Source of the DNA: Bacteroidia bacterium
Lineage (GTDB): Bacteria > Bacteroidota > Bacteroidia > SpSt-205
Assembly: GCA_025059535.1 (NCBI GenBank)
Contig: JANXCX010000006.1
Location: 10,913 to 74,912 of the forward strand
Length of the DNA stretch: 64,000 nucleotides
Direction of reading: 5' to 3'
Shown: positions 47,108 to 57,745 of the stretch, in pieces
How positions within the stretch are numbered: the first letter of the stretch is position 1
Layout: each line of letters begins with the position of its first letter
Position numbers and translations under genes: made by a program
Notes under the pieces: generated by a model
What the model saw: only the letters and a program-made list of their open reading frames with translations
What the model was told of the DNA's origin: nothing
The model's database searches: none

Positions 47108-48889
47108 CTAATCTAATTTCAATACAGCTATGAAGGCTTCCTGCGGCACCTCTACCGACCCCACTTGACGCATGCGCTTTTTGCCTTCTTTCTGGCGCTC
47201 TAGAAGTTTGCGCTTACGCGTGACATCACCGCCGTAGCACTTAGCCGTGACGTCCTTGCGCAGGGCCCGCAGGGTCTCCCGCGCAATTACCCGCCCATGA
47301 ATGGCCGCCTGAATCGCCACTTCAAACTGCTGGCGCGGAATAAGCTCCTTGAGCTTCTGGCACAGCCGCCGACCCCAATCATACGCCTTGTCCCGATGAA
47401 TAATGCAGCTTAAGGCATCCACCCGATCCCCATTTAGAAGAATATCCATCCGTACTAAGTCGCTCCGCCTGTAGCCAATCAGCTCATAATCCAGCGATGC
47501 ATAGCCGCGCGAGAGGGACTTGAGCCGATCGTAAAAGTCAAAAATGATTTCAGCCAAGGGCATCTCAAATACCAGCTCTACCCGATTAGAGGCCAGATAG
47601 GTCTGACTTTTGAAGATACCTCGCCGACCGATACACAGTTCCATCAGAGGACCTATGAAAGCGGCCTCCGTAATAATCTGGGCTCGCACATACGGCTCTT
47701 CTAAATGGTCTAGCTTGACGGGGTCGGGCAGCTGAGCCGGATTGATAACGACTACCTTTTCGCCGCTGCGCAGATAGGCGTGGTAAGGCACATTTGGCAC
47801 GGTAGCTACCACTTCCATTCCAAACTCACGAGCTAGGCGCTCCTGTACAATCTCCATATGCAGAAGCCCTAAAAAGCCCACCCGGAATCCCAACCCCAGC
47901 GCCGCCGACGTCTCAGGCTCAAATTGGATAGCTGCATCATTGAGCCGCAGCTTCTCTAAGGCCTCCCGCAGGTCTTCAAACTGGTCTGCCTGTACGGGAT
48001 AGAAACCCGCAAATACCATCGGCTTCATTTCTCGGAAGCCCTTGAGCGGCTCATGGGCCGGCCGTAAGGCGTCCGTAATCGTATCACCTACCTTGATTTC
48101 CTGAATGTTTTTTATGCCGGCAATCACATACCCTACCGAACCGCAGGGGATGAACGGCTGAGGCTGACGCTGCGGCCTGAATACGCCTACTTCTTCTACC
48201 ACATACTCAGCACCTGTAGCCATAAGCCTAATACGCATGCCTGGCCGCAAAACCCCTTCCTTGACCCGCACATACGCTATAGCCCCACGATAGGCATCAA
48301 ACTGCGAGTCAAAAATAAGCGCCCGCAGGCTCTCCTGGGATTTATCCTGCGGCGGGGGAATGCGCGTCAAAATCGCCTTTAGAATCTCTTCAATGCCTAT
48401 CCCCATCTTAGCGCTAGCGTAGATTACCTCTTCCGGACGGCACCCCAAAAGTTCTACCAAATGCTCGCGCACCGCCTCGGGACGCGCCGCCGGCAAATCA
48501 ATCTTATTGACCACGGGAATAATCTCCAAATCCTGCTCAATAGCCAGATAGAGGTTAGCTAAGGTTTGGGCTTGTACGCCCTGAGTGGCATCTACGACCA
48601 AAAGCGCCCCTTCACAGGCCGCAATAGCCCGCGACACCTCGTAGGAAAAATCTACATGGCCAGGCGTATCTATGAGATTCAAGGTGTAGCCTTGATAGTG
48701 CATTTGGACCGGGTGGCTTTTGATGGTAATGCCCTTCTCCCGTTCTAAATCCATGCTATCCAGTACTTGGTCCATCATCTGGCGCGGGGGGATCGTAGCC
48801 GTAGCCTCCAATAGCCGATCGGCTAAGGTGCTTTTGCCATGGTCTATATGAGCAATAATGCAGAAATTCCGAATGGTCTCCGTGCCCAT
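47108..48889 (-). CDS. lepA: Translation elongation factor 4
   Basis: [23 protein letters not shown]-domain and LepA-specific C-terminus. 593 aa. Confidence 0.95.
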   Translation of the reverse strand: MGTETIRNFCIIAHIDHGKSTLADRLLEATATIPPRQMMDQVLDSMDLEREKGITIKSHPVQMHYQGYTLNLIDTPGHVDFSYEVSRAIAACEGALLVVDATQGVQAQTLANLYLAIEQDLEIIPVVNKIDLPAARPEAVREHLVELLGCRPEEVIYASAKMGIGIEEILKAILTRIPPPQDKSQESLRALIFDSQFDAYRGAIAYVRVKEGVLRPGMRIRLMATGAEYVVEEVGVFRPQRQPQPFIPCGSVGYVIAGIKNIQEIKVGDTITDALRPAHEPLKGFREMKPMVFAGFYPVQADQFEDLREALEKLRLNDAAIQFEPETSAALGLGFRVGFLGLLHMEIVQERLAREFGMEVVATVPNVPYHAYLRSGEKVVVINPAQLPDPVKLDHLEEPYVRAQIITEAAFIGPLMELCIGRRGIFKSQTYLASNRVELVFEMPLAEIIFDFYDRLKSLSRGYASLDYELIGYRRSDLVRMDILLNGDRVDALSCIIHRDKAYDWGRRLCQKLKELIPRQQFEVAIQAAIHGRVIARETLRALRKDVTAKCYGGDVTRKRKLLERQKEGKKRMRQVGSVEVPQEAFIAVLKLD

Positions 48890-48897
48890 GAGTCAAG

Positions 48898-48905
48898 CAA
48901 AGATA
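48898..48905 (-). promoter_or_regulatory. -7 box TATCTTTG, 8 nt upstream of the lepA ATG
   Basis: Minus strand reads TATCTTTGcttgactcATG. Confidence 0.4.
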
Positions 48906-48913
48906 AGGATAGG

Positions 48914-49990
48914 CTAAGAGTAAGAGCGTCCTTTCCAGCTAAACGAAGGGCGTACAAGGGCAATAAGAGCCAGCAAGGTCATATAGAGAGGATAAGCTAT
49001 CGCCGTAAAGAGCCAGGCCTTCCAAGAGGGCAAAGGACTGCGCATCTGACAAAAACTGCGATAGGCTATCCAGATTTGACCGGCATTTAGGCTGAGCCAA
49101 GCCAAAGCCGTGGGGAGCGGATACAGGAAGAGGCCTAGAAGAAGGCCCATTTGAGCCAGGGCTACCAAACGCAGGCCCCATGGCGTCCAGAAAGTGGGAT
49201 ACATCCGCCGCTTGGAAAGCCATCTGAGGCGCTGATGAAGGAGCGCCCGCCAGGTAGGGGCTGGATTCGTCGTAACGAGGGCAGGGCTAAAAGCAAGGGC
49301 TTCTTTCCCGTAATGAAGGCAAATCCGTTGTACGAGAAGGTCATCATCGCCGCTCGGGGAGGCATAGGCGGGGCCCCAGCCGCCTACCACTTCAAACGCC
49401 AGGCGGCGATAGGCTAAAAGCGCGCCATTGGCCGTGATCGGCTCGCCGCCCTGCCAACTGCCCGCCGTAAGCCCCATCAGGCCCGCCAGCTCAATTCGCT
49501 GAAACTCCCCCAACCACCCCCCCAGAGCCCTAAGCCGAACCCACCCCCCCACCACCTGAATGGCCGGATCCGTAAAATACGCCACTATATTAGCCACGGT
49601 GTCGGCCTCATGCTCCGTATCCGCATCCGTCGTAAGGATAATATCCGCCGTAGTGCGGCTAATCGCATGACGAAGCGCGGCTTTTTTGCCCTTTTCAGAG
49701 GGCGGCAGCTGGCAAGGGTAGATAAACGAATAGCGCGCCGCCCACGCACAGGCTACCTGCCAAGTATCATCTTCGCTGTGATCGTCTACAATCCAGATTT
49801 CGTCAGGCTGGCGGCTCTGACGAAGGAGGCTAGCTAAGCATATGGGTAAGTTCAAGGCCTCATTCCGAGCTGGGATAACTACCGCTACGCGTAAGGCGGG
49901 GAGAGAAGGGGCCGGCCGAAGGCGCCAGCGCCCCCACCGCCATAAAAGATACCCATAACCGCCCCATACTAAGAAGAGCAGGTAAAGCAT
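48914..49990 (-). CDS. Glycosyltransferase family 2 protein with TM domains
   Basis: VVIPARNEALNLP plus D..DD, DAD and QRLRW-like (QRLRWLSK) motifs. Confidence 0.7.
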   Translation of the reverse strand: MLYLLFLVWGGYGYLLWRWGRWRLRPAPSLPALRVAVVIPARNEALNLPICLASLLRQSRQPDEIWIVDDHSEDDTWQVACAWAARYSFIYPCQLPPSEKGKKAALRHAISRTTADIILTTDADTEHEADTVANIVAYFTDPAIQVVGGWVRLRALGGWLGEFQRIELAGLMGLTAGSWQGGEPITANGALLAYRRLAFEVVGGWGPAYASPSGDDDLLVQRICLHYGKEALAFSPALVTTNPAPTWRALLHQRLRWLSKRRMYPTFWTPWGLRLVALAQMGLLLGLFLYPLPTALAWLSLNAGQIWIAYRSFCQMRSPLPSWKAWLFTAIAYPLYMTLLALIALVRPSFSWKGRSYS

Positions 49991-49995
49991 TTTTG

Positions 49996-50003
49996 TACCT
50001 TTG
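49996..50003 (+). promoter_or_regulatory. -7 box TACCTTTG, 5 nt upstream of ATG 50009
   Basis: TACCTTTGagctaATG. Confidence 0.4.
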
Positions 50004-50008
50004 AGCTA

Positions 50009-50593
50009 ATGGCAAAGGTAGAAATGGAGGTTGTGGGCCTCCACCGCTCGCCTACGGAATCTTACAACGCCTTCATTCTTGTACTCAAGGAGCGGTATGG
50101 CGCGCGCCGTCTACCCATTGTGATTGGTCTGCCCGAGGCCCACGCCATCAATATCCACATGGAAAAAATCCAGCATCCCCGCCCCCTTACCCATGACCTC
50201 TTTGTAAATGTAATGAACGAGCTGAATGTGCGCCTCTTAGAGGTGGTGATTCACAAGCTACAGGACTCTACCTTCTTTGCCTACCTGCTTTTGGAAAACA
50301 GTGAGGGCCAAGTGGTGGAGGTAGATTGCCGGCCAAGTGATGGCGTGGCTTTAGCGCTGCGGGCTCAAGCCGCCATTTTCTGCGAAGAAGAAGTGCTTCA
50401 GAAAGCGGGTCAGCCTGGTCCAGAGGAAGAAGAGTCGTCGCCCCCTCGCCGTGCCCCGCGTAGCGTATCTGCACTACGCGAAGAGCTGCAAAGGCAGCTG
50501 GAAGAGGCCCTAGCCCAAGAAGATTATGAAAAAGCTGCAGAGATTCGAGACAAGCTCAAAAAGTTAGGGTTGGGCGGTTCCGAATCCACTTGA
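50009..50593 (+). CDS. Bifunctional nuclease family protein (DUF151) with a C-terminal UVR motif
   Basis: YNAFILVLKE...RLPIVIGLPEAHAI and C-terminal EDYEKAAEIRDKLKKL (UvrB/C-like). Confidence 0.55.
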   Translation: MAKVEMEVVGLHRSPTESYNAFILVLKERYGARRLPIVIGLPEAHAINIHMEKIQHPRPLTHDLFVNVMNELNVRLLEVVIHKLQDSTFFAYLLLENSEGQVVEVDCRPSDGVALALRAQAAIFCEEEVLQKAGQPGPEEEESSPPRRAPRSVSALREELQRQLEEALAQEDYEKAAEIRDKLKKLGLGGSEST

Positions 50594-51867
50594 TGCAGGC
50601 GCTCTTAGGTATCCCGATGCTGCTGGCGGTAGCGTGGCTCTTTGCCGAACGGCGCCAGCCTATCATGTATCGCGTACTGCTTGGCGGGCTTTTCCTTCAA
50701 GCCCTCGTAGGCTTACTCATTTTGCGCGTGCCAGGCACCCACGAAGCCTTCAAATGGCTTAGCCGCGCCTTTGTCAAACTGCTAGACTTTTCTCATGAAG
50801 GTTCCCTCTTCCTCTTTGGCAACCTCGTAAAACCTGAATACGCCCAGACCTTCGGCTACATATTCGTTCTTCAAGTACTTCCAACCGTAGTGTTTTTTGC
50901 GGCTTTGACTTCGGCCCTGTATCACTTGGGGGTACTCCAGCGGGTAGTACAGGCCGTAGCTTGGGTTATGCGACGGACCCTAGGCACCTCAGGCCCCGAG
51001 AGCCTCTGCGTAGCCTCTAATATTTTTCTGGGGCAGACCGAAGCCCCACTGCTCATTCGGCCGTTTTTAGCGGGGCTCTCACGTTCAGAACTCTTAGCGG
51101 TGATGGTAGGCGGCATGGCTACCCTAGCTGGGGGGGTTCTAGCGGCCTATGTAGGCTTTTTAGGCGGTCAAGACTCTAGCCTGCGCCAGCAATACGCGCT
51201 CCACCTTCTGACGGCCTCAGTTATGAATGCCCCAGCGGCCCTGATTTTCGCTAAGCTTCTCCTACCAGAAACCGATAAGAGCGTATTGAGTAAGCCTTTG
51301 CAGGTGCCACCGGCTGTGCGCGCGACCAACCTCTTGGAAGCTCTGGCGCAAGGGGCAGCGGATGGGGTGCGCCTAGCGGCCAATATCGCCGCTATGCTCT
51401 TAGCCTTTATCGCTACGATCGCCCTGCTAAACTACCTCCTTTACAAGGTGGGGGCCTGGCTTCACCTGAATCCCTGGATAGTCCACAGCTCGGCTGGCGT
51501 ATATTCGGGCCTTTCTTTGGAATGGCTTCTGGGACAGGCCTTCCGCCCTATCGCTTGGCTAGTAGGCGTAGAATGGCGGGAAAGCCTGAGTGTAGGCGCC
51601 CTCATAGGCCAAAAGGTAGTCCTAAACGAATTCATCGCCTACACTCGCCTCGCCTCCATGCCAGCGCTAAGTGAGAAAGCGCGCATTTTGGCTACTTATG
51701 CGCTGAGCGGCTTTGCTAATTTCAGCTCTATAGCGATTCAGCTGGGGGGTATTGGCACCCTTGTGCCGCATAGGCGTGGCGAGCTGGCCGAATTAGGTCT
51801 GCGGGCCGTCCTCGGTGGTACCCTAGCCTCGCTTCTTTCCGCCGCCTGGGCTAGCCTTCTGATATGA
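50590..51867 (+). CDS. NupC/CNT family concentrative nucleoside transporter
   Basis: 425 aa polytopic protein. ...NEFIAYTRLA...LSGFANFSSIAIQLGGIG resembles the CNT C-terminal signature. Confidence 0.7.
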   Translation: MMQALLGIPMLLAVAWLFAERRQPIMYRVLLGGLFLQALVGLLILRVPGTHEAFKWLSRAFVKLLDFSHEGSLFLFGNLVKPEYAQTFGYIFVLQVLPTVVFFAALTSALYHLGVLQRVVQAVAWVMRRTLGTSGPESLCVASNIFLGQTEAPLLIRPFLAGLSRSELLAVMVGGMATLAGGVLAAYVGFLGGQDSSLRQQYALHLLTASVMNAPAALIFAKLLLPETDKSVLSKPLQVPPAVRATNLLEALAQGAADGVRLAANIAAMLLAFIATIALLNYLLYKVGAWLHLNPWIVHSSAGVYSGLSLEWLLGQAFRPIAWLVGVEWRESLSVGALIGQKVVLNEFIAYTRLASMPALSEKARILATYALSGFANFSSIAIQLGGIGTLVPHRRGELAELGLRAVLGGTLASLLSAAWASLLI

Positions 51868-51894
51868 GGCTAACATACGCTACCTTCGCGCCGT

Positions 51895-52059
51895 ATGGCC
51901 CGTAAGCCTGACAAACGCGTTTATGTGCGCCTCAATCGGGCGCGCAAGCGAATCCAGCGCTGCCGCGTCTGGGCACCTATCCGAAAAACTCGGTCAAATG
52001 CCCTCCAAGAAGCCAACCTCAAACTTCTGAATAGCCTAAAGCAATTGCTTCAGCAATGA
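51895..52059 (+). CDS. Small basic ORF (54 aa), not in the ORF track, ATGA-coupled to the downstream oxidoreductase gene
   Basis: Hand translation gives MARKPDKRVYVRLNRARKRIQRCRVWAPIRKTRSNALQEANLKLLNSLKQLLQQ. It fills the only gap between the transporter and the oxidoreductase. Confidence 0.25.
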   Translation: MARKPDKRVYVRLNRARKRIQRCRVWAPIRKTRSNALQEANLKLLNSLKQLLQQ

Positions 52060-52988
52060 GTCGGCGGGTCCGGGTGGGACTCGTCGGTCTGGGTCACATG
52101 GGCCGCCTGCACCTGAAGCGCCTATTGGAGCTTCCCGCCGCCGAAGTCGTAGCGCTTTTTGATACCGACTCAGCCGTAGTGCAGGCGCTGCAGGCCCAGG
52201 GCTTGCCCGTGGTGCCTTCTTACGAAGCCCTTTTAGAGGCCAGTGAAGCGGTAATTATCGCTTCCCCCACCCCTACGCATGCGGCCTACGCCGAAGCCGC
52301 CCTGCGCACCCGGCGCCATGTCCTGATTGAGAAGCCTGTTACGACGAGCCTAGAAGCCCTAGAGCGGCTCCTCACCCTCCAAGACGAAGCCGGCGTCGTG
52401 GCCTTAGTAGGGCATATAGAACGCTTCAATCCAGCTTTTCAAGCCTTATGGCCTCTGCGCCAGCAATTTCACCACTTTAGCTTTGAGCGCTTGGCTCCCT
52501 GGACCCCCCGCGGGAGTGAGGTCTCCGTAGTACTGGACCTCTTAGTGCATGATTTAGACCTTTTCTGGGCTCTTACGGAGGGGTGCATAGCGGATCTGCG
52601 AGCGGTAGCCTATCGCACCTTCACCGAAAAGGCCGATACGGTACAAGTCTGGATAGACCTCGTAGATGGACGCGGCGCAAGCTTTAGCATAAGTCGGAAT
52701 GCGCCCTATCGTCAGCGGCGCTTTTTAGCCCATGGCCCTACCCTTTGGGCCGAGGCGAACCTCCTCACGCGCACCGTGCAACTGTGGGATATTACCTCAA
52801 ATCCCCCCCAGTCCTTGCCGCTCCCCATACCCCACGCCGATGCCCTACAGGCAGAGCTGGAACACTTTTTGCAGGTCATCACTGAGGGTCTAGCTTCCCC
52901 TCTGTCCTTGGAACATGTATATGGCGTCATGCTATGGGCGTGGAAAGTGGAAGCGCTGGCTGAGCAGCGTTTGGTGTTTGCTCCTTAG
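52056..52988 (+). CDS. Gfo/Idh/MocA family oxidoreductase
   Basis: VRVGLVGLGHMG Rossmann start. 310 aa. Confidence 0.75.
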   Translation: MSRRVRVGLVGLGHMGRLHLKRLLELPAAEVVALFDTDSAVVQALQAQGLPVVPSYEALLEASEAVIIASPTPTHAAYAEAALRTRRHVLIEKPVTTSLEALERLLTLQDEAGVVALVGHIERFNPAFQALWPLRQQFHHFSFERLAPWTPRGSEVSVVLDLLVHDLDLFWALTEGCIADLRAVAYRTFTEKADTVQVWIDLVDGRGASFSISRNAPYRQRRFLAHGPTLWAEANLLTRTVQLWDITSNPPQSLPLPIPHADALQAELEHFLQVITEGLASPLSLEHVYGVMLWAWKVEALAEQRLVFAP

Positions 52989-53802
52989 CTGTTCCTCGCC
53001 TAAGGCGCTACCACCTGCCTACCTCCAGCTGGACTCGGCACGCGTAGTTTTAGACCGCGACACCCTCCAAATAGAAGCACCGATAGATGCATGGGTTTAT
53101 CCCCAAGGGCGCTTCTTAGGGGTGGTAGAACCGCAGGAATACCTCCCTATTGTGCCCGCTGAGCAACAGCCTATCCTGCTGGCTGGAGGGGTACGGGTGA
53201 ATGGCCTCAGTGCCCTCCGCCGTCCCTACCCTTTCTGGCAGTTTGACACCCTGCCCTTCGCCTTAGCCCCTGAACAAACCTACACCTACCGGCCTACGTA
53301 TACCTATTTCGCCGATACCCTTTTAGAATACCTTCTGCGAGAGGATTTTGAAAGTCCCCAGCTAGCGCTTCGGGTCTTACCTGGAACGCCGCCGGGCCGC
53401 GCTACCCTACGTCGGCTGCCTAACCAGCCTCGACGCGGCTTCTGGGCCGCCGAAATTAGCCTACCCCCCGCCACCACCTTTGAGGCCGAAACCGCCACCC
53501 CCTTTGAGTTTCCTAAAAACGAACTCTGGGCCGAAATTTCCCTCCGCGGGGATAGAAACTTAGGAATAGGCCTTACCGTGGAAAACCGCCAAACAGGGGC
53601 TTTGATAGAGCGGCAGGTACAGCTCATTCTCCGTCCTCCCGAAGAGGGGTGGGGTACATTTTATATTGACCTTTTGCCTTGGCTTCGTCAGAAAGGGACC
53701 CTATACCGCTACCGCCTCTACCTCACGAGCCAAAGCGATAGCACCCGCCCTGCTACCATTTACCTAGATGACCTCCGCCTGATAACCTTCCGGTCCGGAT
53801 GA
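52921..53802 (+). CDS. Hypothetical lipoprotein
   Basis: Signal plus lipobox (LLLSCSS). Coupled to the downstream sugar transferase. Confidence 0.35.
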   Translation: MASCYGRGKWKRWLSSVWCLLLSCSSPKALPPAYLQLDSARVVLDRDTLQIEAPIDAWVYPQGRFLGVVEPQEYLPIVPAEQQPILLAGGVRVNGLSALRRPYPFWQFDTLPFALAPEQTYTYRPTYTYFADTLLEYLLREDFESPQLALRVLPGTPPGRATLRRLPNQPRRGFWAAEISLPPATTFEAETATPFEFPKNELWAEISLRGDRNLGIGLTVENRQTGALIERQVQLILRPPEEGWGTFYIDLLPWLRQKGTLYRYRLYLTSQSDSTRPATIYLDDLRLITFRSG

Positions 53803-55205
53803 GGCGGCAGCTTTTAGGTCTCTTCTTTGCGGCGACGGATTTCCTTCTGGCGTATGCAGGGTGGGTAGGGTTTTACTGGATACGACGGTTCTACCTCTAC
53901 AACGATCCAGCCACCACAGGCACGCTATGGGAATACCTTTGGGCGCCCCTTCTAGTGGCCTCCTACTGGGTGGTACTATATGGCCTGGAGGGCAGCTATA
54001 GCGACCCTATCCGCCAATCTATCCTCCGCGAGCTTTTCGCTCGGGCCTGGATTACTGCCTTGGGCAGCCTAGCCTTATTCTTCCTAGCCTTTTTGGATGA
54101 CCCTATCCCAAATTACAAGGCTTACCGGTTGGCTTTGGGCGGTTATTTAGGGTTACAATTAGGCTGTAGCTGGCTAGCCCTTCTGCTGCTTCGCCTAGGG
54201 CTGTTCCAGGTGCTGCGGCGGCGGCGACTTTTTTATTTTCCTACGGTGATTGTGGGAAATGGGCCGCGCGCCCTCCAGCTGATTAAGGAGCTTAGCACGC
54301 ATGGAAAGGAGCTGGGCTATGACCTGATAGGTTATATCACCCCCTCGGCCAATAGCCCAAATTTACTCCAAGGAAAGGCTAAAAAGCTGGGCAGTCTTGA
54401 GGATATGGACCGCATCCTGCAGCAGCGTCAGCCGCATTACCTCATCTTAGCCACAGAACCACAGGACGAGCACATTTTACCCCACGTCCTGGCTCAGGTA
54501 AATGGCTATCCCGTAGAGGTATACTTCGTACCAGCTTTGCGGGACGTACTGGCTGGAGGGGTGCGGTTAGGTAGTCCCATAGATATTCCACTGGTAGCGG
54601 TTTCGCCTGGCCCCCCCTCCCCATGGTATGAGGTCGTAAAGCGGGGCATGGACATAACCTTTTCCATTCTGGCGCTCATACTTCTAGCACCGCTTATGGC
54701 TATTATTGCGGTGCTGGTGCGGCTCTCTTCGCCAGGGCCTATTATATTTCGGCAGGAGCGGATCGGCAAGCATGGACGACCCTTCATCATGTATAAGTTC
54801 CGTACGATGTATCAGGATGCCGAAAAGGATGGGCCAGCGCTCAGTCGCACGGGCGACCCACGAATTACCCCTATTGGGCGCTGGCTGCGTAAGACGCGCT
54901 TAGATGAGCTGCCGCAATTCTGGAATGTGCTCAAGGGGGAGATGAGTCTCGTCGGGCCTCGGCCTGAGCGCCAGTACTATATTCAACAAATCGTTGCCCG
55001 CGCGCCCGAATACAAGCAGCTTCTCAAAATCCGCCCCGGTATTACCAGCCTCGGCATGGTACAATACGGCTACGCCTCCTCCGTAGAGGAAATGATAGAG
55101 CGCATGCGGTATGACCTTATCTACTTAGCCAACCGTTCGCTTCTGCTGGATATAAAGATTCTCTTCTACACGGTTCTGCGCGTCCTACAAGCACGCGGAA
55201 AGTAG
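53799..55205 (+). CDS. Polyprenyl-phosphate sugar phosphotransferase (bacterial sugar transferase, EPS/O-antigen priming enzyme)
   Basis: C-terminal [23 protein letters not shown] motif. N-terminal TM helices and a central Rossmann-like domain. Confidence 0.8.
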   Translation: MRRQLLGLFFAATDFLLAYAGWVGFYWIRRFYLYNDPATTGTLWEYLWAPLLVASYWVVLYGLEGSYSDPIRQSILRELFARAWITALGSLALFFLAFLDDPIPNYKAYRLALGGYLGLQLGCSWLALLLLRLGLFQVLRRRRLFYFPTVIVGNGPRALQLIKELSTHGKELGYDLIGYITPSANSPNLLQGKAKKLGSLEDMDRILQQRQPHYLILATEPQDEHILPHVLAQVNGYPVEVYFVPALRDVLAGGVRLGSPIDIPLVAVSPGPPSPWYEVVKRGMDITFSILALILLAPLMAIIAVLVRLSSPGPIIFRQERIGKHGRPFIMYKFRTMYQDAEKDGPALSRTGDPRITPIGRWLRKTRLDELPQFWNVLKGEMSLVGPRPERQYYIQQIVARAPEYKQLLKIRPGITSLGMVQYGYASSVEEMIERMRYDLIYLANRSLLLDIKILFYTVLRVLQARGK

Positions 55206-55213
55206 TACTTTTG
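55206..55213 (+). promoter_or_regulatory. -7 box TACTTTTG, 5 nt upstream of the L31 GTG start
   Basis: TACTTTTGcccctGTG. Confidence 0.4.
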
Positions 55214-55218
55214 CCCCT

Positions 55219-55470
55219 GTGAAAAAGGGCATTCACCCGGAGTACCGCTTAGTCGTTTTCAAGGACGCTTCGGCGGATTTTGCCTTTCTTACGCGTTCCT
55301 GCGTCCGTACAAAGGAGACCATCATATGGGAGGATGGGAAGGAGTACCCTTTGGTGAAGCTGGAAATTTCCAGTGCCTCGCATCCCTTCTTTACAGGCAA
55401 GCAGAAGTTCGTAGATACGGCGCGGCGCGTGGATAAGTTTATGGCGCGTTACGCCAAAAAGTCTAAGTAG
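55219..55470 (+). CDS. rpmE: 50S ribosomal protein L31 (type B, non-zinc)
   Basis: MKKGIHPEY...HPFFTGKQK signature. 83 aa. Confidence 0.85.
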   Translation: MKKGIHPEYRLVVFKDASADFAFLTRSCVRTKETIIWEDGKEYPLVKLEISSASHPFFTGKQKFVDTARRVDKFMARYAKKSK

Positions 55471-55480
55471 CCTCTCTCAG

Positions 55481-57742
55481 GTGCCTACGATTGGGCCCGG
55501 GTTGTATCTTAAGAGGGTGCCGATCGTTGGGAAGCTTACGTTTACGGAAGAGGAGAAGCGGCATATTCTAAGGGCCTATAGGCGCCTTTTGCGGGCGTGT
55601 GCGGAATTTTTAGACCGTCCAGGCAAAGCAGAGCTGCGGCGCGCCTTTCGGCTTGCGCTGGAGCGCCACGGCGATATGCGACGGCGTACGGGTGAGCCCT
55701 ACATCCTGCACCCACTCGCCGTAGCCCACATCCTTGTAAAAGAAATCGGGCTCAAGGATAAAGGAGCGGTCATAGCGGCTCTGTTCCATGATCTGGTAGA
55801 GGATACGGATACCTCCCTAGAGCTGATTGCCCAGGAGTTTGGCCCTACGATAGCGCGCCTTGTAGAGGCCCTAACAAAGATTCAGCGGGTGCGCAGTCCC
55901 CTTGACTCCGAACAGGCTGAAACCTTTCGCAAAATTCTTCTTACTATGGCCGATGACATTCGCGTGGCCCTCATCAAGCTGGCTGACCGCCTGCATAATC
56001 TGCGCACCCTTCAGGGCCTCCACCCAGACAAGCAGGCAAAAATCTTAGCCGAAACCGAATACATCTACATACCGATAGCGCACCGCTTAGGGCTGTATGA
56101 AATCCGCAGTGAAATGGAGGATATTATTCTCCAGCTACGGGAGCCAGAGGCCTATCAGGAAATTGCCCAAAAGCTCCAAGAAACGGCACGGGAACGGGAG
56201 AAGTATATTCAACGGTTCATTCAGCCGATAGAAGAGCGCCTACGAGCCGAGCTGGCTGTGCCCTACAAAATAGAAAGTCGCATTAAAAGCCTTAGCTCCA
56301 TTTATCAGAAAATGAAACGGCAAGGGGTGCGATTTGAAGAGGTTTATGATATTTTTGCCGTACGCTTGATTTTGGATTCGCCACCCGAGACGGAGAAGGC
56401 GGACTGCTGGCGGGCCTATTCTATCGTTACCAGCCTGTACCGGCCTAATCTAAATAGGCTGCGCGATTGGATATCCCAGCCCAAACCCACGGGGTACGAG
56501 GCCTTGCATGTCACGGTTATGGGGCCAGAGGGGAAATGGGTGGAAGTACAGATTCGCTCACGCCGCATGCACGAAGCGGCGGAATACGGGCTCGTAGCGC
56601 ACTGGCGCTACAAGCAAGCCCAAAATGGCCGCTCTACTCCCCGCTCGGACGAAGCCCTAGAAGCCTGGCTCAACCGCATCCGAAGCCTACTGGAAAATCC
56701 CGAGCTCTCCAGTATAGACCTTCTAAGCGAACTTCATCCCGACATTACCCATGAGGAGGTGTATGTATTTACGCCAAAAGGGGACCTTAAGGTGCTGCCG
56801 GCGGGGGCTACAGTGCTGGACTTTGCTTATGAAATCCATTCAGAGATAGGCCGACATGCCATAGCGGCTAAAGTAAATGGCAAACCGGTTCTTTTGAATT
56901 ATGTATTGCAAAATGCCGATCAGGTGGAGGTTATTACAAGCGAACGGGCAGAACCTACGGAAGAGCAGCTGACATTTGTGCGCACGGGGCGGGCCCGCCT
57001 CAAGATTCGGGAGTACCTCAAGCAGCAGCGCCGCCAAGCGATTGAGAAGGGACGGGAAATTTTTGAGTGGCGTTTGCGGCATTTGGGCTTGCGGGCCGAT
57101 GACCCTATCATTCGGGAGCTTCTGTGGTACCTGCGCTTGCCTTCCCTAGAAGAGCTGTGGTACCGGCTGGGTACGCATGCGCTAGACCTGGCGCGTGTGC
57201 AAGAATTCATCCGACTCAAAAGGCTGGCCCAGCACACAAGCATCGTGGATCAGCTATCCCAACAGTTAGGTTTGCTCAGTGGGGCGCCCGAAGTAGGGCT
57301 AGAGGAAGAGCCGCATACCTATGCTACCTGCTGCTACCCTGTACCTTTTGACTCCATCATGGGGTATGTAAGTGCGGAGGGATTGGTAATTCATCGCACG
57401 ACCTGCAAGGAGATTCACCGGCTACTTTCCTTAGACGGCAGCAAGGTTCGCCCTTTACGCTGGACAGCTACCCCGCGCAAAACCTTCCTCGCCGCCCTCC
57501 TTTTAGAGGGGGAAGATCGCCAAGGTATGCTTTTAGATATTGTCAAGGTAATCTCGCTGCGCAAACGCAAAAATATCCGCTCTATCCGCATAGAGGGCAA
57601 AGCTTCTTACTTTCAAGGCATCATGGAGCTGTATGTGTATAACGAACAGGAGCTGGTAGGGATTATACGAGCCCTTTCAGAGGTGCGCGGCCTTCTGCGG
57701 GTACAACGCTACCAAGTAGGCCTGAATGGCCAAAACTTATAA
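55481..57742 (+). CDS. Bifunctional (p)ppGpp synthetase/hydrolase, RelA/SpoT family
   Basis: HD domain (HPLAVAHIL...HDLVEDT), synthetase domain, and TGS/ACT regions. 753 aa. Confidence 0.9.
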   Translation: MPTIGPGLYLKRVPIVGKLTFTEEEKRHILRAYRRLLRACAEFLDRPGKAELRRAFRLALERHGDMRRRTGEPYILHPLAVAHILVKEIGLKDKGAVIAALFHDLVEDTDTSLELIAQEFGPTIARLVEALTKIQRVRSPLDSEQAETFRKILLTMADDIRVALIKLADRLHNLRTLQGLHPDKQAKILAETEYIYIPIAHRLGLYEIRSEMEDIILQLREPEAYQEIAQKLQETAREREKYIQRFIQPIEERLRAELAVPYKIESRIKSLSSIYQKMKRQGVRFEEVYDIFAVRLILDSPPETEKADCWRAYSIVTSLYRPNLNRLRDWISQPKPTGYEALHVTVMGPEGKWVEVQIRSRRMHEAAEYGLVAHWRYKQAQNGRSTPRSDEALEAWLNRIRSLLENPELSSIDLLSELHPDITHEEVYVFTPKGDLKVLPAGATVLDFAYEIHSEIGRHAIAAKVNGKPVLLNYVLQNADQVEVITSERAEPTEEQLTFVRTGRARLKIREYLKQQRRQAIEKGREIFEWRLRHLGLRADDPIIRELLWYLRLPSLEELWYRLGTHALDLARVQEFIRLKRLAQHTSIVDQLSQQLGLLSGAPEVGLEEEPHTYATCCYPVPFDSIMGYVSAEGLVIHRTTCKEIHRLLSLDGSKVRPLRWTATPRKTFLAALLLEGEDRQGMLLDIVKVISLRKRKNIRSIRIEGKASYFQGIMELYVYNEQELVGIIRALSEVRGLLRVQRYQVGLNGQNL

Positions 57743-57745
57743 CTC

